DNA of 63,803 nt, the filler included, from Octopus bimaculoides (lineage: Eukaryota), in assembly GCF_001194135.2 (NCBI RefSeq). It is 6 parts of 6 records of this genome, joined end to end, with 100 filler letters (N's around TTAATTAATTAA, not from the genome) between each part and the next. Parts side by side here need not be neighbours in the genome. Positions count along the whole stretch, not along the records: positions 10,388 to 17,629 come from NC_068985.1; positions 17,730 to 35,377 come from NC_068982.1; 4 more parts are not named here. One strand, 5' to 3'. Positions 11,721 through 24,763 of the stretch are shown one piece after another (position 1 is the first letter of the stretch; every line of letters starts with the position of its first letter). The position numbers were made by a program, and so were the translations under genes. The notes below the pieces were generated by a model. It was not told the DNA's origin, made no database searches, and worked only from the letters and a program-made list of their open reading frames with translations.

Positions 11721-12219
11721 AATAATTAATAACAATCTCCTGACATCTCTGTTGATAATAACTTTCAAATAATGGCTTTATTTAAAATTTTAATCTAAAT
11801 TTTCTAAGGGTCTTCACAATTTCTCTACTCGTTAACTGAACAAAACCAGCAAAATTAGCAATGGGTCCATCTCACAGAAACCTAAATCAAAATGTCCTCA
11901 ACACCAGCAAAATCTAACAAAAATGTATCACCATCCTCATCATTTAATGTCTGTTCTCTATGCTAGTATGGGTTAGATAGTTCAACAGGATTCAACAGGT
12001 AAGAGGACCACATCTTGCACTTCACTGATAGCAATTAACAACAGATGGAAAAAAATGCAAACTTTACATGTAACACTTGAAATTTTAAAAAAATTATTTC
12101 TATCATGTGGACAACAAAGATTTTCCACAAGACAAGCTTAAAATACTGTTTATACTAATTGAGATGTTAGATGTTGGATTTGTTTTGAAGTCACATTAAT
12201 TTTATTGAAACTAACTTAC

Positions 12220-12415
12220 CTAGAGGATCACAAGGGATTCCTTTAAAAATGATCCTGTACGTGGTCAGAAATATAGCTCCTTCAGCAGGTAATAAACAGG
12301 GACCTCCTAATGAACCACCAACACCTTCCTCACGCCCATCAGGTAACAGATATACACGTAAACCTTCCATAACAATTTCTTCTCCAGGGAGAATTGTTGG
12401 TTCCAGGATTTTAGG
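12220..12415 (-). CDS. Sbf: Sbf/MTMR5/13 internal exon (3rd): [65 protein letters not shown]
   Basis: Acceptor ttttttattgtAG and donor GTAAGT; 196 bp, phase 0 to phase 1. Strong match to recalled SBF1 [24 protein letters not shown]...[23 protein letters not shown].DPL. Absent from the ORF track. Confidence 0.95.
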
Positions 12416-13540
12416 CTACAATAAAAAAAATAACAGAGAATTAAAGTTTTAACACATTCAGATTACTGTAATTCTCATATCACTTTTATAAAGACTACAA
12501 AATTGTAATAAAATCTGAATATTACCCAAAGATTCTATTACAAAGTAACAAACTGATAGTAGTAAGGTACAATACCTTTGAATATTCTACAACTTAGTCT
12601 TCAAAATGTCTTAATATATTGACATAAATTAATCCAATATAAAACAAATATCCACATTTATATTATAAACCAATCAAATTTTGTTTGATAAATTGTCATT
12701 GTCATTGTTTTACATCTACTGTCCATTATGGCATGGGTTAACTAGATCTGCTCACCTAGACATGTCAGGCAGATCTCATGGCTTGTTTCATTTTTTACTT
12801 AGTTTCCACAGCTGGATGTTCTCTCTAACCTATAATTGACCTACAAAATATTGTAAGTACTTTTTCATGCCACCAACACATAAGAAAGGTGTCATGTCCT
12901 GAACAAAACTAAAGGGATCTCACCCACCTTAACAGGGTGTACTGGCTGTGATTTTTACAACATCAGCTCTAGAGACATAACTAAGTTCATGTCATGATTA
13001 AAGAGACCTTACAACCCCACATTTCTGCACACACATCTACCTTTTTACAAAGTGTGAAACATGATTGATCGGGGCATGAATGACAGTGATGTTATATAGG
13101 GTGAGTGATAAGAGAAGTCAGTATACAAAGATAGGTATGCATATTGAATGGAGTGTGAATGAGATGGCAGAGAGTTGACAATGATCTATGTGACCCAAGG
13201 GACAGAGGGATGACAGAAGCCCAGAAGAAAAGGAATAAGTGTATACTTGTAGACAAAAGTATGCAGGGTGGTGACAGGTAATACAGGAAAGGAGAGTAAA
13301 AGTAGAGAGAATGTAGCACCACAGGTGAACTAAAGGAGCTAACGATGAGGATGCTGACATGGTGAGTGGAAAGTAAGTGGGTTCTGTACCAGAGAGAATC
13401 AGATAGATACCAGTGAGGATCACAGAGGATGCTGCTTCTAATTAATAATTATCTTATTCTAAAAAATTCAAAATATTTTTCATGTTCAAAGACAGATTGA
13501 TGTTTTGTTCATTAATATCTTTTGTAATCTAAAAACAGAT

Positions 13541-14246
13541 CTTTTCTGTTTGGCTACACCAGTGGAAATTTTAAAGTTTAGTGAAAACTTTAAAATTTGG
13601 TGTGTTGATGTAATTTTCCATGCTGAATCTCAGGAGATAATTCACTTTTTCCAGAAAAATTTTCTAAAAATGTTACAGAAGTTTAAAGCTTGATAATTTT
13701 CACCCAGTCAGAAAACAAAATTTGGAAGTTGTCATTTTGTGCATGACAGCACATGTTGTCAACTGTAAGCAAATGAAATATTGGTGGAATTCTACTTTAT
13801 GCATGCCATATAACCCCTCGTAAGTTTTTTTTTATTTTGGGGAATTTTCAGAAAATGTTTGAGAATTTGTACTCTACACATGGGAATTCATACAATTATG
13901 CAAAAAAAATTTTTCATGCATGATTCAAGGCCTATTTAGCTGTTATTTTTTAGCACATCTCATACTGCATGTGTTTTAAGCATTTAATAAGCAACAAAAA
14001 GAATATGTGATAAGCAGCTTGGTTTGTTACTATGGAAACAGGTACCTATATGTCTGTAGCTTTTGACTGGCTAAAATTACCTAAAATTTGAAAACTTTAA
14101 AAGCTATTAACTCTTTATTTATTGATTTATGGCAAAAATGAATTTCATGTCAATGATTACTTCACAAAACTACATCAACATACCAAATATGAAATCACCT
14201 AGAACAAAAATTGAAAAAACTGAAAAGTTGCAGCCAAACAGAAAAG
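13541..14246. mobile_element. ~700-bp non-autonomous DNA-transposon-like element with imperfect TIRs, in an Sbf intron
   Basis: Left end cttttctgtttggctacacc...tttggtgtgttgatgtaatttt; right end reverse complement cttttctgtttggctgcaac...tttggtatgttgatgtagtttt. Confidence 0.6.
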
Positions 14247-14837
14247 GTCCCTAAAAACTTCAAGGTAAGAATTCCAGTACACCAAAACACTAATAAAATC
14301 TTCATACCATCATTCTGCTAGCAATTCTTCATAGCATTTACAAATTCTTAGCAAACTAAATGTATAATAGTTGGTACTCTCATAAACAGACCACCACACA
14401 ATCAGTTGGTGGTCCTTCCCATATGACAGACCATCACACAATCCTATAATTGTAGGCTAAGTAAGAAATGCTTGTTATGATTACATACTGCCAGCAAAAT
14501 TCTAAATTCATAGTACATCTCCATCTATAATTAATTTTCAATCTCAATTCAAAGAATGTCACTTCACTTTATTAGTTTTTAATGTTACATCTTGTTTCTT
14601 ATCCACTAGAAAATTAATTGAAATCTGCAGATATCTGCAAGATATTTATTTTTAATCACTGTTATCAATACCATACACTACCACAGCCACTACTGCAATA
14701 AGGGATCATAGAATCATCAATGGAGCAACAACCACAATGTTTTGCAGTATCTTTTAAACTCTATTGGAGTTTACATCATGGTACTTTATTTACTCTTAGG
14801 AGGCAACAAAGAAAGCTTCATTAATATCAGAATACAA

Positions 14838-14982
14838 ATCATCATCATCATCATCGTTTAATGTCCGCTTTCCATGCTAGCATGGGTTGGACGATTTGAC
14901 TGAGGACTGGTGAAACCGGATGGCAACACCAGGCTCCAGTCTGATTTGGCAGAGTTTCTACAGCTGGATGCCCTTCCTAACG
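14838..14982 (-). mobile_element. Young 5'-truncated RTE 3' UTR copy with (GAT)n tail
   Basis: Near-identical to 44992-45198, 53479-53619 and 60970-61119. Confidence 0.85.
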
Positions 14983-15141
14983 GCAAATGGTGTAGGGAGT
15001 TATAGAATTCTATCTAACATAATGACTAGGAGCATGAGATGAACAGTTGGAAAGTCCCAAACATCAGAAAGTTTTGTAATAATGGCCAAAGAGACAATTG
15101 TAGATGGAATAGTAAATTAATAGAAAAATTTGGTGACTAAC

Positions 15142-15215
15142 CTTCTGAATAGGGGGAAGGCGCTTGCTTTCTCTATGAATTGACTCCAGTGTTTCAATGT
15201 GCATGGCAACCACAC
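15142..15215 (-). CDS. Sbf: Sbf/MTMR5/13 internal exon (2nd): (G)[24 protein letters not shown]
   Basis: Acceptor catttcctttcAG and donor GTTAGT; 74 bp, phase 1 to phase 0. Matches recalled SBF1 [21 protein letters not shown]. Confidence 0.93.
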
Positions 15216-15309
15216 CTGAAAGGAAATGAACATTTAGGAGTGTGTTTCGGCAACAGAAGAAATTCATTAAATATGTGAAGTGAAGAGAAAAGTGTTGTAA
15301 AATATTCAC

Positions 15310-15476
15310 CTGGAATCATTTGATGAAGTGATTTAAGGTGTTCTTGAGTTACACTGCTTTCACTGCACACTTTGTCAACAAATCGAGTTACAAAACGAAT
15401 GGCATTGGCACCAACATCAGAGGCTTCACTCTCATCAAATCCACTTTCAGCATCAAGACTATCACTTTCGGCAAGG
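15310..15476 (-). CDS. Sbf: Sbf/MTMR5/13 internal exon (1st seen): [55 protein letters not shown]
   Basis: Acceptor aatatttcAG and donor GTGAAT; 167 bp, followed by a 94-bp intron. Matches recalled SBF1 AESYDTESGFED....DV...VVRFINRFVDKVCTESGVT.DHLK.LH.M.P. Confidence 0.93.
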
Positions 15477-16262
15477 CTGAAATATTAACATATATCTCAA
15501 GTCACACAAGAAGCTTGGCTGACATCTTCCAAATTAAAATTTAACTGAATGTGCCTGCAAGTAGTAAGCTATGGATTTGAGATATTTGATTCTATAATTA
15601 TACACATTTAGCTCTCCCTGATACATTTGAAGAGTGACATTATTACCTCCTAAATAACTATACTATCAATCACAAACAAATTACTGTTGCCTCCTCTTTC
15701 CAATTCTGAGTAAACGTAATGTCATAAAAGCAAGAGACTATAAAACTTCCAACCAGTTACCAACAAATAATTTCAGCAGGAATTAGATAATAAATTTCCA
15801 TATTTGTGGTANNNNNNNNNNNNNNNNNNNNNNNNNNNNNNNNNNNNNNNNNNNNNNNNNNNNNNNNNNNNNNNNNNNNNNNNNNNNNNNNNNNNNNNNN
15901 NNNNNNNNNNNNNNNNNNNNNNNNNNNNNNNNNNNNNNNNNNNNNNNNNNNNNNNNNNNNNNNNNNNNNNNNNNNNNNNNNNNNNNNNNNNNNNNNNNNN
16001 NNNNNNNNNNNNNNNNNNNNNNNNNNNNNNNNNNNNNNNNNNNNNNNNNNNNNNNNNNNNNNNNNNNNNNNNNNNNNNNNNNNNNNNNNNNNNNNNNNNN
16101 NNNNNNNNNNNNNNNNNNNNNNNNNNNNNNNNNNNNGGATGCGTAATGAACAAAGCAAATGAATTTAATATAGATTCGTCCTATTTTTAAAAAATATCGA
16201 AGAAAACCTTAAATAGAAAAATGGGCTCAAAATACATATTGTAAATAATTAATTATATTCGA

Positions 16263-16362
16263 ATTAACACATTAAAATCAAATCAAATAAAATAAAATAT
16301 ACGCTGCATTCAAAATAAAATAAAATTACAATAGCATATATGCATACTAGGGTATCCACAAC

Positions 16363-16400
<38 letters not shown>

Positions 16401-16722
16401 ATCAAAATACACAGATGCAAGGCACAAATATATACATGAATACAAATTTATACACATATACATACACACGCATTTAAGTTTGCACACGAAAAAACTTATG
16501 CGCTGGTAACAAAGATTGTATCTTAAGCTATGGAGTAGAGGGATAAAGAGTAACGTATCTATAATAACGTCATCAATATAGAAAGTGTGGTTGTCATGAG
16601 GAAGGAAAGGAAAAAAGAAAGAGAAAAAGAAAGACAAGTATGCGTATATGCTATTGTAATTTTATTTTATTTTGAATGCAGCGTATATTTTATTTTATTT
16701 GATTTGATTTTAATGTGTTAAT
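16263..16722. repeat. Inverted repeat with 86-bp arms (16263-16348 / 16637-16722) around a ~290-bp spacer; MITE/foldback-like
   Basis: Arms compared by eye show one mismatch (tatatgcatact vs tatacgcatact). Confidence 0.85.
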
Positions 16723-16729
16723 ACATATA

Positions 16730-17629
16730 TGGTGGTTGTCTACTCCTTACACAGAGTTTGACCACCTCCTGTACCTACATCTTAGCTCCTTCATGGCGTT
16801 TGATGTGGCTTTTTAAACCAGACAATGTTCTGAAAAAACACCCACACAGATTGCCCCTCTGATTTGAACTACCAGTACCTGCAAGTAAGTTCTGCTCATT
16901 GTGGATCTTAACATGTCTTTTAAGACCGCCATTGGATTTGCAAACCTTCTGGCATACACCACATTCAAATGTGTGCATAGACATATAGTCAGAATAGTTG
17001 GTTGAAGTTTGTTTTCCATGCATTCGCAGGTGAGATTTGAGACCAGCCAAAGACAAGCATGATCTGTCACAGACTGTGCACACAAAAAGGTCCTTGTCAT
17101 TCACCTTCTCAATCTTTACATTCTTCCTTAAATATCTTTTGAGTCTTGCTTGTGTTATTCTGGCCTCTTCAAACGCTTTCATTCCATTCCACACTTTTGT
17201 TCACCATCCAACTCGATCTGAAGCAAGGGCTTCTATATCTTCTAGAACCATTCCAAGTGATTTCATAGTAGTCCTTATGCTGTCCTTAAACTTTTTTTTA
17301 GGTTTATGCCAATAGTGTTTCCCCTCTGCAAGCTCACCATAAAACAGCTGTTTCGGCTTGCGTTCATCTGCCATTCGAACAATATGGCCACACCATCTCA
17401 ATTGGTTCCTTAAAATCATAGTTTTAATTGAGGGGATGCCTGCAGATGCAAGGATATCTGTGTTTGGAGTAAAAGAATTCCATTTAATTTTTAAAATATG
17501 ACGAAGGCATTTTTGATGGAATTGTTCTAACAGTTTAAAATGCCTTTCATAACAAGTCCAAGTTTCACAGGAATACAATAGGGATGTTAAGACAAATGAT
17601 TTGTAAAGAGCCAGCTTTGTATTGTTATT
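16730..17629 (-). mobile_element. RTE-clade LINE 3' portion: post-RT region plus three C-terminal C2H2 zinc fingers, one frameshift near 17200
   Basis: ORF 17201..17578 reads YSCETW...FHQKCLRHILKI.W...QLRWCGHIVRM.DER.PKQLFYGEL (typical RTE). ORF 16775..17194 has CTVC..SLAGLKSHLRMH, CGVC..SNGGLKRHVKIH and a degenerate third finger ending TLSGLKSHIKRH. Cut at the 5' end by the linker. Confidence 0.88.
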
Positions 17630-17729
17630 NNNNNNNNNNNNNNNNNNNNNNNNNNNNNNNNNNNNNNNNNNNNTTAATTAATTAANNNNNNNNNNNNNNN
17701 NNNNNNNNNNNNNNNNNNNNNNNNNNNNN
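17630..17729. other. Artificial 100-bp linker
   Basis: 44 N, TTAATTAATTAA at 17674-17685, 44 N. Confidence 0.95.
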
Positions 17730-17815
<86 letters not shown>

Positions 17816-17889
17816 GTTATTATTATTATTATTATTGTTATTATTATTATTATTTTAACTACTACTACTAAAATTATTATTTATTACTT

Positions 17890-18660
17890 TTTTTTAAAAC
17901 TTTTTATCTGCATGTTTGTTACAATCACTTGTCGAGATACACACACCGTCTTGGGTGAGCGATGGATAAGAGATGTTATAGCATGATGGAAAGGTTGGAG
18001 AGGGGTAGTGGCAGTAGCAGTAATGAAATATATTCATGTAGTGCCGCAGAGACATTTAAATAGGAAGAATTTTTCTAAGGATGTGGGTAGCACTTGGATT
18101 TCTCTGAGATGTGGTAGAATGCTGTTGTACTTGATTTTGTTTGAGACATGTTTCTCCTGGGATTTTATTTAGATGTTTCTGACATCCCTTTTTATCATAC
18201 CTTGGGCACCCACAATAACAAGAACAGTTCTCATTTTACGATGCCAGATCCTTTGTCTTTCAATTATCAGGTCCTTATATTTAATCAATATGTCAAGTTC
18301 CTATACAGATATATTTTTATCAGTGGGAACACTTACATCTATTAGTCTACAAGTGTTTTCTTCCCGGTTCTTAATAATTACGTCTGATCGATTAGCCTGA
18401 CTCGTTCTGTCACTATTGACTGGAAGATCCTAGAGGATAGTGACATTTTAACATTCAATGACTGGCTCAGGATGATGTTCATGCCAGTAAGCAGGAGTGC
18501 TGATTTTGTAGTGTTTAGATATTCTCCTATGTAAATGCCTTCCTAAACTTTCGGGGCGGTTTTTGTATTTGTTTGGTATCAACAGAGGACATCCCGAGAC
18601 GAGATGGCCTATTGTTTCATCAAATGTGTCGCGAAATCTGCGTTTAGGGTCAGAACCATA
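17890..18660 (-). mobile_element. 5'-truncated Dong/R4-clade element (CCHC knuckle, REL endonuclease, 3' UTR) ending in (TAA)n
   Basis: Minus strand reads ETIGHLVSGCP...WHEHHPEPVIE, then ANRSDVIIKNREENTCRLIDVSVPTDKN...KYKDLIIE...VIVGAQG with stops. The 3' end runs into the TAA array at 17730-17850. Confidence 0.8.
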
Positions 18661-18667
18661 TAATAAC

Positions 18668-18709
<42 letters not shown>

Positions 18710-18727
18710 TAATAATAATAATAATAA

Positions 18728-19283
18728 AATGCCCTGATGCAGTACCAGCAGTAGCTCTCATGGCTTCTAATCTTAATTGATTGGGAGTGTTATCATGTAC
18801 ATTGTTTTGTCTTGGTGTAAAAGGTAGGCTACATCAAATATTCTGCTTAATACCACAGATTTGCTTGTCAGTTGTTTGACCTTAACCTGTTGAGCATGTC
18901 CCTTAGTGGCTGACGATATGTGCATCTCTGATCACGAGCAGAAGTAGTGGGGGATTATCATGGCCATGTGTTGAGAGGAATTCTTTGGCGTTTGAATAAT
19001 TCACCATTGGAAACATTAGTGTTTTGCTCAACATCCTTAAACAAACCTTATTCAGGGACCATTTGAGCGGGATGGGCTACTCGACTTGAAGAAAATTCTA
19101 ACTGGGCCCCACCTGCAAGGCCATGCGCTGTTTATCTTGATATGAGATCACCATATTGTGCACATATGGTTGTGATGCATGTGCCTGGTGTACCCTTATC
19201 AGACGGGTAGTCATGAAGGGTATAATGGGCTTCGTATATTTTACCCCAGTGTCACTTTGATGGCATGCACTGCTCTCTCACTC
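18728..19283. mobile_element. ~555-bp non-coding interspersed element embedded in (TAA)n on both sides
   Basis: Flanked by (TAA)n at 18661-18727 and 19284-19389. No ORF. The sequence resembles an abundant octopus repeat (from memory). Confidence 0.55.
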
Positions 19284-19483
<200 letters not shown>

Positions 19484-21291
19484 ATCGAGCTGGAAGAAAT
19501 GTTAGCGTGCGGTGCAAAATGATTAACAACATTTCGTTCCTCCTGACATTGTGTGTTCAAATTCCACCGAGGTCGACTTTTATCCTTTCAGGATCGATCA
19601 AATTACTACCAATCAATCACTGACGTCGATGAAATTGACTAACACCCTACCCAAAAATTTCAGACACTGTTCCTAAAGTACAAAAGGATTGTTATTATTA
19701 TTAACATTATTAAAAATGTGTACGAAGAACTCAGATACAAGTAGTCCTATTGGATTCCATTCACAATCACCAGATTTCAATTCAGTTGGGTTTTATGATT
19801 CATTTCGTGGTAATTTGTACGGATACATTTCTTCTGCCATTAGCGCTGAAAGTGTTAAGCACAATTTACTTTAAGAATTATTCAAAATATCCCCATATAT
19901 ATGTATATGAGTGTGTATGTGTGTATGTGTGTATATATATTGGTATGTATGTATTATGTATGCATATATGTATATATTGATATACATATGCACATATGCT
20001 TATATACACATTAGCGTAACTGATGGAGGAATGCTGAAAGCGTTGGGAAGGAAGAGTTACCGGAGTTACTGACCTATGTAAGAAAAGATATAGCAAATTT
20101 GAGGGAATAGTCATTACTAAGTAAATAATCTAGTCTAGCGATCAGCTGTCATATTGGCAGCTTGCTCTCTACCATGATTATTAATTAAATAGTAATTATT
20201 GAAAGCGTGCAAATTTCCATGATCGCATCGATAACAATATGTCACGTAAATAGTTTGTAGAATTCAGCAACATAGACTCTAAAGTATTCATACATCTCAT
20301 ATTTCCGATAGATAAAACTATAGACGATATGTATAGCACTCGACGTATGCGCTCGCGTGCGCGCATACGCACACGCATACACACTAACCCACAAATCCAT
20401 GCACCAGCACACCCACATAATCACATCTATGGTTGTTCTCCGTAGTGTAAGAACATTCAGACGAGACTGGGATAGTTAGTAGAGTAATGTAGTCGGCCAA
20501 ATAGTTTATTTTTATTTATTTATTTATATTTGTTTAGAAATATTATGATGAAAGCGAAGATCGATGCAGGTCAAATTTGGTTAATGAAATTTAAAAAGTG
20601 TTTTTAATTTAGGTGTATAGTCAATAATTTCTAAAGTCGATACCATCGACCCAGGTAGTTAACTGATACTATATTTGATCGATCCAAGAGAGATGAAAGG
20701 GAAAATATGCTATTGCAGAATTTGCATGCAGGAATATAAGACCGAACGTATTCTGCGAATAAATATTCCGACGCCTTAACCACACTGCCGATGCACTACT
20801 TGCTTTCCCATATCAGCATAAGGCCTACTATTTTGAGGGGAGGGTTTATTCAATACCGACGAACACATTACTGGACTGGTACTTATTTCTCACCCTCGAG
20901 AAAAAGATTTCTGCATGATAACATATTTGCAATGTAATAAAAAAAAAAGCTTAATGTACAAATGTCGACAGCTCAATTAATTCATTTGTATCTTCTTACA
21001 TATAAGAATTTAATTTATTACTATCGGAAGTTCACTGCTGCCTCTAAATTTCATTTTAGTTTATATAACACGAAAACGAATTCATCAGGTATTTATTATA
21101 ATGTTCTTAGTTAAATGCTTTAATATCATTTTCTGTTATAGAAACTTCAAATTCTTTACACTGTTGTCGCTAAGTGCCAAAATTATTTGAGAGAAATTTC
21201 GGTAATAACAATATTCTGTGAAATGATTACAGTTCTAATAATTAATTAGTGTAATAAATATTCATAGGTGTAAAAGAAAGTTATTAAGTAT

Positions 21292-21391
<100 letters not shown>

Positions 21392-21949
21392 GTGTGTGTG
21401 CGTGTATATGTATGTGTATATATATGCATATACATATCGCGACACAGCGAAATATAGACATGCAAGTCAAGCATTGGTAATAAATTAAATTCCACCGGTA
21501 AATGAATATAATTAGGATAGAAAAGTAAATTAGTTTCACACTACCATAAAGAATGTTCCTCAAAAGAAAATTATCACCCGATTTCAAATCACAATTAATT
21601 GTTCGTTATTTGTGTTTTTTTTTTGTTTGTTTTCTTTTGCACTCATTCTTATGAGAAATATCACATCGATAGACTTCACATCAATAGACTTCACAGAGCT
21701 TTGCATATTGAAAATATTTTAGCATAGAAAATGCTGAAGAATATTATAAGTTAAGGCACATTTCGCAGCATATCAGATTATCTCAGGAAAAGACTGTATT
21801 CTATAGATTTGACTTCCGTGCACTACTAATATTCAACTCAACTACCTTGTGCTAGTATGTTGCGAAGGATAAATTTAAACTCTGAAACTTTGGGACAATA
21901 TTTATGGAATCTATATTAATTAAACCATTTTGTGGGAATGTCATATGTG

Positions 21950-22105
21950 CAGGCGTGGCTACGTGTTCAGAAACTTGCTTACCAACCACATGGTTCAGGT
22001 TCAGTCCCACTGCGTGACACCTTGGGCAACCGTCTTGTACTATAGCCTCGGGTCGACCAAACGCTTGTGAGTGTATTTAGTAGATGAAAACTGAAAGAAG
22101 CCTGT
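21950..22105 (+). mobile_element. tRNA-derived SINE (gtggct..cttaccaaccacatggttc..ggttcagtcccactgcg family)
   Basis: B-box-like ggttcagtccc and body ccttgggcaa..tatagcctcggg.cgacc. Other copies lie at 52820-52940 (-), 55205-55300 (+) and 58085-58215 (-). Confidence 0.75.
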
Positions 22106-22430
22106 ATGCTCTGGCTAAGTCAAAATGTCTTTTCGTATTCTTCTTTTCTACTTGGAGAGTTTAAATGTAGTTACAAAGATATGTCCTTCTGTTGAAATGA
22201 ATTTTCAGTAAATTTCTATATCTTTGTGCAGCTGAGGATTGCTCTGCATTTTACATTTAATGTAATGATCACGTTGCTTCAATAAATGGGGTCGCATAAA
22301 ACAATCGTACTGCATTAAATTTGGATATCCTTGTTGCTTATTTTGATTTTAATCACCTTATTTTCGAATTGTTTGGATAATACCATACTTAATTCTGGTG
22401 CCTAAACTTAAGTACCATATTCACCTTGAA

Positions 22431-22489
<59 letters not shown>

Positions 22490-22531
22490 TTCACTCTCTC
22501 TATCTCTCTCTCTCTCTCCCTCTCTCTCTCT

Positions 22532-22589
<58 letters not shown>

Positions 22590-22590
22590 G
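22431..22590. repeat. (TC)n(TA)n microsatellite
   Basis: Direct reading. Confidence 0.95.
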
Positions 22591-23050
22591 CATATGAAAG
22601 AGTAAACAACTGTAAATTAATACTTATAACCTGTAAGTTATGCACGTTTTGATTTCTCAAGATTTAATTTGTCGCAAATTCATTACAGATAATATTACGA
22701 AATTTTTCTTTTGTTTACCTAAGGTAAAATCAACAAAATGAACATTTAATTATACAACTGTCTTTCATACATCGATTTTCAATAGTGTCGGACAGCAGTT
22801 CTGTAGCAAATAGACTCACATGAATCTGTCCAGAACAAAGTTTTGAGAAGCGCAGGTATTAACCGTGAAGCACAGTTCAATTTTGGGGGTATGTGTCTTC
22901 CAGCAAAGACTTATTGTTAGTACCTGTTAAATATTTGACTCCTTACTTCTAAGAAATGAGCAGTCGAGAAGAATTGATACATGCTTCGTACACTGGCTTG
23001 TTATAAATGGGAGCTTGAACAAAAGGAAAATTTATAATCTTTCCTATCTA

Positions 23051-24763
23051 CACTACCATCCAAAAAGTTTGATACACCATGTAATTATAGAAATAAACGT
23101 AATTAAATTTATAATGTGACGACACATAACCATTTATTACTAAATTGATATATAATGTTGTCTTTTCGTTTGTCTACGTTCTAAGTTCAAATTCCGCCAA
23201 GGTTGACTTTGCCTTTCATCCTTTCCGGTCGATAAATTCAGTGCCAAGTTACATACTGGGGTCGATCTAATCGACTGGCCATCCTCCCACAAAATTTCGG
23301 GCCTTGTGCCTTGAGTAGAAAAGGATATATAATGATCTTTCATCAACAAATAATTTCTAACAGTATAATTCATACAAAATCTATATCATAATGACATATG
23401 TGTCTCTTCAAAATCGCCACTTGTTTTTACAATAATGCATCGCTTATTCTCGGTAATGTATTGATCAGTGACGTTAAATATTGCCGGGATTAATTCATTC
23501 CATGCTCCTTTTAATAGATCCCACATGTTGTTAGAATTTCCAGGCAACATTGATTTCACTGTTCTGTCGAATTCATCTCATAATACCTTAAGAGGATTGA
23601 GGTCGGAGTACCGAAGTAGGGGAGCAATTCATTATCTCAGGTATATTATTTTCTTTTTTAGTCTTTAAATAATACATGCAGTACTTATTTCCCCGATCAT
23701 GCGTAATCCGCTTGAACAATGCACGTCTCTGTAAAGTGGAATGGTACCATGTTGGGTTCATGATACCGTCAATTACACAAAGATGTAATCACCGTCTTAT
23801 CACCTGCAAAATCTTATCACCTCCGCACCATCACCGAGCCTCCTCCATGCTTAACAGTTGTAACAACACACTAAGGGGGTATTCTTTCTCAAGATCTTTT
23901 CCGCACACTGTTTTTTGCGGGCCAGATATTTCAAATTTTGATTCATCCGTTCAAAGAAGCTTATTGTTATCTTCTACGATGTAATTTCTGTATTTTCCCA
24001 AGGTAACACATTATTTTTGTTTACAATTCTTAATAAGACCTTGTAACGGCACATCGACCTTCTAATTCTGCATCAAAATCCCTTCATTTCACTATTCTGA
24101 CAGACACAGATGATTCAGTTGCTTCATAAAATGGTGTTGTAACTTGTGAAGCTGTTGAAGTCTGTATCCAAGAACTACGGGTTTGATGTAATAGGTTTGA
24201 TATTTTGCAGTGGATTTTGGTCGTCATGATCGTTTTCTATCATCATGAGACCCTGTTTCATTGAATAATGTTATTTCAAAAGACATATCATGAACAGAAA
24301 CATTCAATCAAGAGGTAGCTTTTCTTATTGAATATACCATACCTCCTCTCAAAGAGTTATGATTTTTGTCATTTTTCAAGTCTTAATTCAATTTCTGAAA
24401 AAAGAGAAGTATAATTTAAAATTAAAATATTCAGCATGTGATTTTATCCATTTCTTTAGAAATATATTGCATGATATGGAAATGAAACTGATCAAAGCTA
24501 AACTTTGTGACACATTTGGTATTATTTTTAAACGTCGACACACGATTCCTGTTCCATTGATCTAACAGAGTTTCTGTAACCTAAAATTTCTATAGTCTCT
24601 GAAAAGACTCAATTAGTGCAAATAAGTGAACATGTGTTTATATGTGTGTTTGTTTGTATTATTTACAACTAGTGTTGCATTGATATATTTGTAGTGTTTG
24701 ATGTTCCATAATGACTGCGAACGTTAAAACATTTAAATACACCCAAACGTTTGGACGGTAGTG
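23051..24763 (-). mobile_element. Near full-length decayed Tc1 DNA transposon with a nested SINE
   Basis: TIRs TA|CACTACCATCCAAAAAGTTTG (23051) and CCAAACGTTTGGACGGTAGTG (24763). Minus-strand transposase fragments include ETGSHDDRKRS.RPK, SVSVRIV and WTDESKFEI; ORF 23676..23984 is the antisense read. Confidence 0.8.
23158..23323 (+). mobile_element. 5'-truncated SINE inserted in the Tc1 with an 11-bp TSD
   Basis: gatatataatg at 23147-23157 and 23324-23334. Confidence 0.85.

Noticed and set aside
16775-17194. Host C2H2 zinc-finger gene
   Set aside because: It directly follows RTE ORF2 sequence on the same strand across one frameshift, so it is treated as a LINE C-terminus.
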